A stretch of DNA of 20,000 nt. Source: an uncultured Methanosarcinales archaeon (lineage in GTDB: Archaea > Nanobdellota > Nanobdellia > Woesearchaeales > JACPBV01). The notes under the pieces are model-generated. The model saw nothing but the letters and a program-made list of their open reading frames with translations. It was not told the origin of the DNA and searched no databases. The translations under genes were made by a program, and so were the position numbers. Where the stretch lies: contig CAZNZT010000007.1 in NCBI GenBank assembly GCA_964577685.1, positions 49,380 to 69,379 on the forward strand. Reading direction: 5' to 3'. Positions 1 to 7,800 of this stretch are shown here, piece after piece (position 1 is the first letter of the stretch; each line of letters starts with the position of its first letter).

Positions 1-2
1 TA

Positions 3-2759
3 ATACAAAATGCAACTGTGACTATAGCAGGTGTCTTTGATTATACCGACGAAAATGGTTTTTATAACATTTCTATTGTGGAAGGAAGGCACAATATCGT
101 GGCTATAAAGACAGGTTATGAAAATTTTATAGGAGAAGTTAATGTTAGCGCAAATAATATAACCATTTATAATATTTCTATGAGTCCATTTGTGCCTCTC
201 ACAAAAGGGAATGGTACTATAAAAGGAACTATAACAAATACAGAGGGCGCCATACTAGAGGGGGTTATTGTAAGTCTTGCTGGGCAATCCACAACCTCAA
301 ATTCTAGTGGCGGTTATAATCTTACTGTTCCAGAAGGTACATATAATCTTGTTGCAGTGAAGTCTGGTTATGATAATTATTTTGCCCAGGTTGAGATAGT
401 TGCTGGTAATACTACAATTCATGATATTGTTATGAATTCATCTATAGTTATAGTCGGTAAGGGTCCTGCAACTGGAACAGGGGAGGGAAAAGGAAAAGCA
501 AAAATAATAGAAAGAATCCTAAGAAGAGTACCTGTCATAAAAGAGATCAAAAGGCTAGATTATAAGATATCTATAAATAAGATTATCAAGTCCTTAAGGA
601 TAGGTTCTTTCTTGGATATACCCCTTACAATTTCTAACCTAAAAAAGGAATCCCTTTCTGTTATGGTGTCCGTTGAGGGCGATGTTGCTCCATTGGTTAA
701 GATTGACAAAAAGCTATTGAGTATAGCATCTGGATTCAGCGAAGACCTTAGGCTTACTTTGATTGGCAAAGGAGAGCCTGGTGTTTATGAAGGCAATATT
801 GTTCTCTCTGGGGATATAAATGAGAAGATTCCTCTTTATGTTTTGCTTTATGATAGGGAGAGGTTACCCATAGAGGCCCTCCTTGTTAGGTTGAGGTTAT
901 CTGATAGCAGGGTTCCGATTGGAGGTAATCTTAGATATAGGGTTGATATACAGAATTTATTGAGGGATGAAAAGTATAATGTTAGGCTGGTTCATAAGAT
1001 TGTTAATAAAAAAACAGGTAAGGAGTTTTTGCTTGATACAGATTATGTAGATATTAAGACATCATTCTCTGTAATTAAGACCTTTCCAATAGACAAAGGC
1101 ATTGAGCCAGGAGAATATCAATTGAAGTTGGAGGTAAGATACCTTGATATGAGCTCTGAATATACAGGTTCATTTAAGATTGTAGTGCCTATTTATAGGT
1201 ATGCTATTTTGGGGATAATTCCATTGTGGTTATTGCTTGTTTGTATTGGTGTTCTAGCAACATCTACTTTTGTTTATATGCTTTATAAAAAGAAAAAGGC
1301 AGAAGAAAAGAGGTATCGGGTTGAAGTGGATTTTGGTGAATTACCGCCACCAGGACCAAGGTCTGCTTTTGTTGGTAATATAGCTGACACTAGCAAAAAG
1401 GTTTATTTTGATTTAGATAAATTTCAGATTCACACATTGGTAGCAGGAGCCTCTGGTTCTGGTAAAACAGTTGCTGCTCAGATCTTGGTTGAGGAGGCAC
1501 TTTTGAAAAACGCATCTGTTCTTGTGTTTGATCCAACAGGGGTTTGGACTGGCTTCTTGAGGAAATGTCAGGATAAAAAGATACTTGACATGTATCCAAG
1601 GTTTGGTATGAAAAAAACTAGTGCAAGGGCCTTTAATGGAAATGTTCATCTGGTTTTTGATTATAGAGAGCTTATAGATATTAAGAAATATCTAAAGCCC
1701 GGGGAGATTAATATCTTTGTTATTGATAAACTAGACACTAAAGGAGTTGAATTTTTTGTTGCAAATACTATTAAGCAAGTCTTTAAAACTAATCTGCCAG
1801 AGTCTCCAGAGTTGAAGTATCTCCTTGTCTATGATGGCGTCCATACCCTACTTCCTAAATTTGGTGGTTCTGGAAAGGTCTTTGTGCAGATTGAAAGAGC
1901 AACAAGAGAATTTAGGAAATGGGGTGTTGGTTTGGTATTAATAAGCCAGGTTGTGAGTGATATAGCAGCAGAGGTTTTGGCTAATGTAAATACAGAGATT
2001 CAGATGAGAACTAGGGACGAGGGAGATTTAAAGAGAATAAAGGAGGAGTATGGCGATATGATATTAAAGTCTGTTGTAAAAGCAGGTGTAGGTACGGGAA
2101 TGGTTGAGAATTCTGCCTATAACAAAGGAAAACCTTTCTTTGTTGCTTTCAGACCTGTATTACATAGCTTACAGAAATTAAAGGACGAAGAATTACAGAA
2201 TTATAATAAATATAACTTAATAATAGATGATTTGGAGTATCAGTTGGAGCAATTAAGGAGCGAGGGAATAGATACATTTGATTTAGAACTTGAACTCAAA
2301 CTTGCTAAAGACAAGGTGAAAAGTGGTAACTTTAATCTTGTTGATATCTATCTTGATGGATTGAAGCCAAGAATAAAAAGCCAATGGGATAAAATCGGAA
2401 AAAAACCGAAGAAGAGGGAAGTAAAATTAGCAGATGTTGGTGAGGATGTGTTTGGAGTAGAGGAAAACAAGAACAAGGAAACAGCAAATAAAGAAATAAA
2501 AGCAGGGGAGAGAACGGGTAAGGAGATTATGACTAAGGGAAAAGATGCAACTGGAACTGGCAATAGGGAGGATGTTGTTTCTAAGGCGAATGACATATTG
2601 AGAGAAGCTTACAATGACTTAAGGAATGGAAATATAGGTGAAGCAAAGAATAAGTATGCTAAGCTTTCTGCATTATACAGGAAAGTTCCAAATGAGAATA
2701 AGCAAGAAATATATAAGAAATGTCTAGAGTTAAGGAATGCTATGTTAGGTAAAAGATGA
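3..2759 (+). CDS. Membrane-anchored surface protein fused to a cytoplasmic HerA/FtsK-superfamily (DUF87-like) P-loop ATPase; 5'-truncated
   Basis: The ORF track gives 18..2759 (913 aa), but the frame is open back to base 3 (IQNATVTIAG...) and there is no signal peptide, so the gene probably starts upstream of the window. The N-terminus has two carboxypeptidase-regulatory-like repeats (TDENGFYNISIVEGRHNIVAIKTGY; SNSSGGYNLTVPEGTYNLVAVKSGY), a Gly-rich linker and two Ig-like beta domains. A hydrophobic helix followed by KKKK comes next. The ATPase part has Walker A GASGSGKT, VLVFDPTG, Walker B-like LLVYDGVH, REFRKWG and LVLISQ, then a helical tail. Confidence 0.9.
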   Translation: MQNATVTIAGVFDYTDENGFYNISIVEGRHNIVAIKTGYENFIGEVNVSANNITIYNISMSPFVPLTKGNGTIKGTITNTEGAILEGVIVSLAGQSTTSNSSGGYNLTVPEGTYNLVAVKSGYDNYFAQVEIVAGNTTIHDIVMNSSIVIVGKGPATGTGEGKGKAKIIERILRRVPVIKEIKRLDYKISINKIIKSLRIGSFLDIPLTISNLKKESLSVMVSVEGDVAPLVKIDKKLLSIASGFSEDLRLTLIGKGEPGVYEGNIVLSGDINEKIPLYVLLYDRERLPIEALLVRLRLSDSRVPIGGNLRYRVDIQNLLRDEKYNVRLVHKIVNKKTGKEFLLDTDYVDIKTSFSVIKTFPIDKGIEPGEYQLKLEVRYLDMSSEYTGSFKIVVPIYRYAILGIIPLWLLLVCIGVLATSTFVYMLYKKKKAEEKRYRVEVDFGELPPPGPRSAFVGNIADTSKKVYFDLDKFQIHTLVAGASGSGKTVAAQILVEEALLKNASVLVFDPTGVWTGFLRKCQDKKILDMYPRFGMKKTSARAFNGNVHLVFDYRELIDIKKYLKPGEINIFVIDKLDTKGVEFFVANTIKQVFKTNLPESPELKYLLVYDGVHTLLPKFGGSGKVFVQIERATREFRKWGVGLVLISQVVSDIAAEVLANVNTEIQMRTRDEGDLKRIKEEYGDMILKSVVKAGVGTGMVENSAYNKGKPFFVAFRPVLHSLQKLKDEELQNYNKYNLIIDDLEYQLEQLRSEGIDTFDLELELKLAKDKVKSGNFNLVDIYLDGLKPRIKSQWDKIGKKPKKREVKLADVGEDVFGVEENKNKETANKEIKAGERTGKEIMTKGKDATGTGNREDVVSKANDILREAYNDLRNGNIGEAKNKYAKLSALYRKVPNENKQEIYKKCLELRNAMLGKR
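1203..1286 (+). other. Single transmembrane helix of the ATPase fusion protein (N-out, C-in)
   Basis: AILGIIPLWLLLVCIGVLATSTFVYMLY is immediately followed by KKKK (positive-inside rule). N-X-S/T sequons cluster on the N-terminal side. Confidence 0.85.
1410..2170 (+). other. HerA/FtsK/VirB4-like ATPase domain (boundaries approximate)
   Basis: HTLVAGASGSGKT (Walker A 1446-1469), VLVFDPTG, LLVYDGVH (1821-1844), REFRKWGVGLVLISQ (from 1905) and VLANVNTEIQMR occur in the motif order typical of the HerA/DUF87/TrwB group. Confidence 0.85.
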
Positions 2760-3238
2760 AGATGGAAGAGGACTTAACTAGTTTGGACAAATTGAAAGAG
2801 ATGTTTAGAAATCTTAAATCCAGAATGTCTGAGTTAAGAAAAAAGGGCTATGATTTAAGTATTCCAGAAATTATGATTTTAGTTTTGCCGCCAAAGATAA
2901 AGTTAGCTGAGGTAACTAAAAAGAAAGAGGATATAGAGAATGCTATTGCTGTTATTAGTGAAATAAATCATGAACTTGATGAGATAGAAAAAACCAAAAA
3001 TATAAATATTATGTTAAGAGATGTTAATAATCTACTGAATCAGTGTGCTGATTCATTGAAGGAAGGGAATATTGATGAGGCTAAGGAAATCTATCTAAAA
3101 GCTGAAAAAATCTATAGAGAATTGCCAGAAGAAGCTAAGATAGAGGTTTTTGATAAGTATTTTGAGGTAAGAGAGAATATTGAAAAATTTAAAAACAATA
3201 AGGGTTTTAATAGGAATAATCAGGGTAATGAAGAATAA
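2756..3238 (+). CDS. Small all-alpha-helical protein, paralogous to the C-terminal helical modules of the upstream ATPase
   Basis: 160-aa ORF overlapping the upstream stop (ATGA, 2756-2759). It is K/E/I/L-rich and shows 20/49 identity to the ATPase C-terminal module by manual alignment. Confidence 0.85.
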   Translation: MKMEEDLTSLDKLKEMFRNLKSRMSELRKKGYDLSIPEIMILVLPPKIKLAEVTKKKEDIENAIAVISEINHELDEIEKTKNINIMLRDVNNLLNQCADSLKEGNIDEAKEIYLKAEKIYRELPEEAKIEVFDKYFEVRENIEKFKNNKGFNRNNQGNEE

Positions 3239-3245
3239 TAAAAAA

Positions 3246-3251
3246 GAGGTG
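3246..3251 (+). promoter_or_regulatory. Shine-Dalgarno site (GAGGTG) for the 3256 gene
   Basis: AAGAGGTG lies 4 nt upstream of the ATG at 3256 and matches the archaeal-type GGAGGTGA consensus. Confidence 0.75.
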
Positions 3252-3255
3252 TATT

Positions 3256-4311
3256 ATGGGTTTGTTTGGAAAGAAGAAGGATAATGCAGATAATAGTCAA
3301 GATCCTCCTGGAGAAGATAATTCTAGGAATGAGAGTGAACAAGTTCCTATAGCTAAGCTTATAGCTGATGTTGAAAAGTTAAAGGCCCAATTTAGCACTT
3401 TTTATGAATTGAACAAAGCGAATACAGAAAGATTCACGAGAATAAATGAGCAGATTGGTGAGTTAAGAACAATGATACTTGATAGAGATAAGGCTAGTAG
3501 AGTGCTTGAGGCTAAAGCTACGCAAGCTATTGGTATGGTTGAATCTGTCCAGCCGGATAAGTTTATGGTAGAGCTGAGGAAGCTTGAAAGCAAGACTGAG
3601 GCTCTTAAGGCTAATCTTGAGAGTAATGAGATGATGGTGAAGAATGCGTTATCTGAGTTAAAGGAAATAAGAAATAAAATCTTCACTTTTAGGGGAATGG
3701 AAGAAATGGTGAAGCTTAATGAGGAAGTAAAGGGGGAGCTAATGGAGATTAAAAAACTAAGCGCAACGGTTGGAAGGCATAGTGATAAGGTTGAAACAAT
3801 ATTTTCTGAATTGCAAAAAAAGATTGGTGATGTTGAAAAAATGTCGGATAAGGTTGAGGGATTAGATAAGTCACTTAGACAGATTGCTTCAGAATTAGAT
3901 AATTTTAAAGTTAGGATTAGTGAATTTGCAACTAAGAAGGATATTGAGGATTTGTTATCTAAGTTTAAAGCTTTTGAAAAATATGTGAGCGGGATTGTTG
4001 GGCTTATCCATAAGAAAATGAATAATTTTGAGAAGGATTTGCTTAATGATGTTGAAGAAAAAACAAAGAAGGTAGAAAAACTCCTTTCTGGTTTTGAAGA
4101 ACTTGCGAAGAAAACACCGGAACTTGATAAATTCTTCCATTTACTAGAAGATGAAGCAAAAAAGGCTCCACAAAAAGAAGTAAAAGTAGAGAAGATAAAG
4201 GTTCCCGGTGAAGAAGAACCTATTGAAAAGCCTGAGGAAAAGCCAAGCCTTGCTGAGAGGTTTAAGGGCCTTAAGGAGAAAATATCCAAGATTGGAAGTA
4301 AAGAGGAGTAA
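3256..4311 (+). CDS. Long coiled-coil protein of unknown function
   Basis: 351-aa ORF with a good SD site. It has a heptad-like K/E/L-rich sequence over about 260 aa, no TM segment, an N-terminal MGLFGKKK and a C-terminal amphipathic-looking SLAERFKGLKEKISKIG. Confidence 0.88.
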   Translation: MGLFGKKKDNADNSQDPPGEDNSRNESEQVPIAKLIADVEKLKAQFSTFYELNKANTERFTRINEQIGELRTMILDRDKASRVLEAKATQAIGMVESVQPDKFMVELRKLESKTEALKANLESNEMMVKNALSELKEIRNKIFTFRGMEEMVKLNEEVKGELMEIKKLSATVGRHSDKVETIFSELQKKIGDVEKMSDKVEGLDKSLRQIASELDNFKVRISEFATKKDIEDLLSKFKAFEKYVSGIVGLIHKKMNNFEKDLLNDVEEKTKKVEKLLSGFEELAKKTPELDKFFHLLEDEAKKAPQKEVKVEKIKVPGEEEPIEKPEEKPSLAERFKGLKEKISKIGSKEE

Positions 4312-4317
4312 TACCTA

Positions 4318-4376
4318 TTTTCTGTTTTTTATATTTTTATTGTTTTTCTTTTTATCTTTGCCATTCTTCTTTCTTT
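4318..4376 (+). terminator. Oligo-T/pyrimidine-rich tract, likely archaeal-type intrinsic terminator
   Basis: Several T4-T6 runs begin 7 nt after the stop at 4311, with no GC hairpin. Confidence 0.55.
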
Positions 4377-4402
4377 AATAAAAATTAATAAAAATAAAAA
4401 AA

Positions 4403-4410
4403 TTTATATA
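4403..4410 (+). promoter_or_regulatory. Candidate archaeal TATA box (TTTATATA); a second candidate TTTAATATA lies at 4478-4486
   Basis: Consensus match preceded by an A-rich stretch, upstream of the 4530 gene. The region is so AT-rich that a chance match is possible. Confidence 0.35.
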
Positions 4411-4411
4411 T

Positions 4412-4466
4412 TAGTTATAAAATAGTTATAAAAAAGTAATATAATAGTAATAAAAAAGGTATAAAA
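4412..4466 (+). repeat. Five tandem 11-bp direct repeats, consensus WAGTWATAAAA
   Basis: Units are TAGTTATAAAA, TAGTTATAAAA, AAGTAATATAA, TAGTAATAAAA and AAGGTATAAAA, with G at 4414, 4425, 4436, 4447 and 4458 (exact 11-bp period). An inverted core ATAACTA lies at 4468-4474. Confidence 0.8.
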
Positions 4467-4529
4467 AATAACTAAAATTTAATATATTCCTAGTTTTTAT
4501 TTTTTTGTTTTTCGCAAAAGGCAGATATA

Positions 4530-4742
4530 ATGGTTAAGATAACAAAGGTAAATGAACAGCTGAGGATTAATATACCTAAAGAGATTGCTGAGCTTAAGGG
4601 ATGGGATGAAAATACTGATCTTTCTTTTGTTCCTTTTCTTCAGAGTCCTGATTCTGAGCTTGATAAGGATGTTCCTATACTCATAAAAGAAGTTAAGCCA
4701 AAGCTAAAGCATAAACCAAAATCAAGGATAAGAGATAAATAG
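4530..4742 (+). CDS. AbrB/MazE/SpoVT-family (swapped-hairpin) DNA-binding protein
   Basis: 70 aa. MVKITKVNEQLRINIPKEIAELKGWDENTDLSFV fits the beta-beta-[IP]-helix-G-beta pattern of the family, followed by a basic C-terminal tail. Confidence 0.7.
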   Translation: MVKITKVNEQLRINIPKEIAELKGWDENTDLSFVPFLQSPDSELDKDVPILIKEVKPKLKHKPKSRIRDK

Positions 4743-4771
4743 ATGTAAGAGGGCGCAAAGGCGCAAATGTG

Positions 4772-4855
4772 ATGAGATGGATAAATAGAGGGCTATTACT
4801 AGCCCTGTCTATGGTATTAGTAGGTATTGGTATTTGTTCCTTTTTAGTTAGTGCT
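4772..4855 (+). other. Sec-type signal peptide (or N-terminal anchor) of the giant protein
   Basis: Basic n-region MRWINR, hydrophobic GLLLALSMVLVGIGICSFL, and a VSA cleavage-like motif. Confidence 0.75.
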
Positions 4856-7800
4856 ATAGCTCCTAGTAGTGTTAATAGTTTTAATCTTAGTGTGATTAAT
4901 GAGTCGTTGAGTTTTAGGAACGAGTCTTTTTATCTTGATAAGGATTTCTACTCTTTGGGGGAGGAGGTTTTAATTTATGCTAATATTGCTAACCTTACAG
5001 ATATAGAGAGAGTTGTCATAACAAGGTATAAAGAAAATTATAGATTTGTTGGGAATTTTAATAATCCTTTGGTATTTGTTGCTCCTGATTTTGGTGATTA
5101 TACAGTTAGTATTTTCCTGAAGAATGGTTCACTTTATAAGAAAAAGTTTTCCGTTATAAATGGGTCTAATGTATCTGAAAATATGTCTGAATCTTCACTT
5201 GGACTCTTTCTTAAGACAAATAAGATAAATTATTTTGTTGGGGATGAGGTTGTAATAAACTTCAATCTTGTTGTAGCAAGGAATTATAGCCTTCTTATTT
5301 ACTCCAACAATAGCATTTTTCAGTATTTGGGTATTCTGAAATCTCCTTTAGTATTTCTACCGAGAGAGGCTGGGAAATATGTTGTTGAAATTAATGACCT
5401 AAATTCTACATTGGTATCAACTGTTTTTTATGTTAGGGATAAGGAGATAACAGGTGATGTTTACACAGACAAAAGCGTATATAATGTAAGTGAGAGGGTT
5501 ACAATCGGCATAATCGGGAATGCAACAGAACTTAAGGTTGTGTTTGGCAATGATAGTTTTAATTTTATTAAGCCTAAGAGGGAGGTAGTCTTTATACCCA
5601 AGAGACAGGGTAAATATAAAATAGTGGCGATATTTAGAGAGGGAAACAGGACAAAGAGGGTGTTTTCTTATTTTGATGTATTGATTAGAAAGGAAAAAGA
5701 AACCAATGCAGGTTATTTCTTCTCTATATCTGAGGATGTTGTTGTTAGGGTAGATTTTTCTGATATCATTGAGAGCAAGAAGACTATTATTGAAAAAATA
5801 TTTGGAATTTCTCCAATAGAAAAGATTGTAGCTTATGTTATGAATCATGGTAACGACAACAGGTTTAATCTTACTATTGAGGATGTAAGTAACGGGGTAG
5901 TTGTTACAAGGATAAAAAAGAATCCAAAGATAGAACCATCCCTTTATTTTCTTGTTGTTGAGGTAACCTTACACAATGAGGTTATAAGAAGAAATGTGTC
6001 CTTCATGTGGGGGAACATTTCAGAGTGGAATATAACTAGCAATTTTACAAAGACTGCTAATAAGAGCAATATTACTGATATTAGCAGGTTTGTTAAATAT
6101 TACTTTTCAATTAATGATACGCCAGAGATTGCAGTTGATTTTACTGATGAAATAAATAAACCAAGGAACATATTAGAAATCGCGCTTGGAAAGCCAAAGG
6201 TAGAGAAGATAAGTGCTTATGTTGAAGGTGAGGAGCAGAATAATGACTTTAGTTTGTATATATCTCATATAGAGTTAGATAAGTTTTTAGTTGTGATTAA
6301 TAATAAAGTGCCAAAGAAAGATATTTATAGTTTAGTTGTGGTTGCTAAAGTTGATGATAGGTTTTTCTTGAAACAGATATTGTTTGACTGGGGTTTAGAT
6401 AATATTTCTTTGATTAGGGAAAGGGTTAAGGTAAAAAATAAAACAGTTACTCTTGAAGAGGCTTTGAGGGTTACTGGTATTGGTTATTCCGTAGAAAAAG
6501 AAAAATTAAATAAATCTTTAAATAAAACAATTAATAAAACTAATGAGTTAATTAACTTAAGTAATAAATTAATTAATTATACAAGAATAAATATAACGGA
6601 AAAAGAAAATTTAGTATTGTATACTAACAAGGATGTCTATAAGATTGGTGAGAGGGTTTATATCTATTCTAATGCTCGTCTTAGTAATCTTGAGATACTA
6701 CTTAACGATACACCTCTATTTTCTAAGGATAATGTTACAGGTTTTGTGTCTTTTGTGCCCAAAAAGACAGGTGATTATAAGATAGAGGCTTTGGCTTTGG
6801 TTGGTGGTTCAATTGAAATATTGGCTGCTAATTTTTCTGTTGCTCTTTCTGAGAAAGCCAATATTTCATTGACACCATCTAAAATAAATAGGATAGAGAA
6901 TCTTGAATTCTTAGTTAGAGATTTTAGAAATAAAAATCTTAGTTCTGTTGTGAGATTATACAGGGGAGGAGCACTAATTAGTGAATTGACTAATGTGAAA
7001 AGAAGAGTTAAATTGTTTGGAGCTGCTATTGGAAAAAAAGGAGAGATAGGAATAGAGAAAGGGGAATATGATGTTGAGGTCATTCCAAAAGAGGTTCCGA
7101 TTAAAAGAATTTTCTTCAGAAAATTAAAAATTAGAAATAATACCTTAAGTTTGAGATTGGATAACTTTTCTGTTTCCAAGGTTGATATTAAAAGAGTAAA
7201 AAAAGAGAGAATAGTAAATACTTTTGCTATAGATCCATCAGATTTGAATTTTAGTGATGCTATTATTACTGTGAGGGCTAAAGGTAATAGCTTATGGAAG
7301 TGTAGGCTCTGGAATTTTTCTGAGCAGAGATGTTATGGAGCTTGGACTAAGATAAAAGAGTTGATTCCAGGGAGGGAATATAATCTAACTCTGATGCTTG
7401 AGGATCCAGCTTATGCTGAGGTTAATATTACTATCATTAATGTTCAGAGCTATCCTACTGTTGGAGGTAATTGGACTGTTAGGTTTAATACAACTGGTGT
7501 AGCTAATCTGATGATTAGGGCTGTTAATGGTACAACCTGGAGCAATTCTAGTGAAGATAATGATTTTGATTTAAGATTTTTGGAAATCAGATGTGGTAAT
7601 AGAACCTTGCCTTATAAGTGGGTTAATGATTCTTTGTTCATTCAAGATTATGGTTGTAATGAAACTGGATATGAAGTTAGCGAGGTATTGACAACAGGAA
7701 AGCATACATTAGAGTTTAGGTTTGGGGACGATATAGAATATGCTCGTAATTTAGCTGGGTGGTGGAATGATTCTTGGAAAAGAAGAAAAAAGTTAACATT

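Noticed and set aside
1410..2170. Assigning gene symbol herA, virB4 or ftsK
   Set aside because: The superfamily motifs are present, but the ectodomain-TM fusion, lack of nurA/mre11/rad50 or T4SS neighbours and degenerate Walker B argue against orthology.
468..2557. Repeated GCAACTGGAAC (ATGTG peptide) in two linkers of ORF1
   Set aside because: Only 11 bp in Gly/Thr-rich linkers, compatible with chance.
560..2596. Short ORFs at 560-769, 1390-1599, 1413-1649 and 2348-2596 (minus strand)
   Set aside because: Antisense shadows within the well-supported ATPase fusion gene.
3402..4289. 295-aa minus-strand ORF
   Set aside because: It lies wholly antisense to the coiled-coil gene. Its S/F/L/I-rich sequence is the expected mirror of K/E-rich codons, and it has no recognisable motifs.
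4412..4466. CRISPR array or replication-origin iterons
   Set aside because: The units are 11 bp, adjacent and have no spacers. There is no cas, cdc6/orc1 or rep gene nearby and no ORB-like G-string.
4530..4742. Toxin-antitoxin pair
   Set aside because: No PIN/MazF-like toxin ORF on either side.
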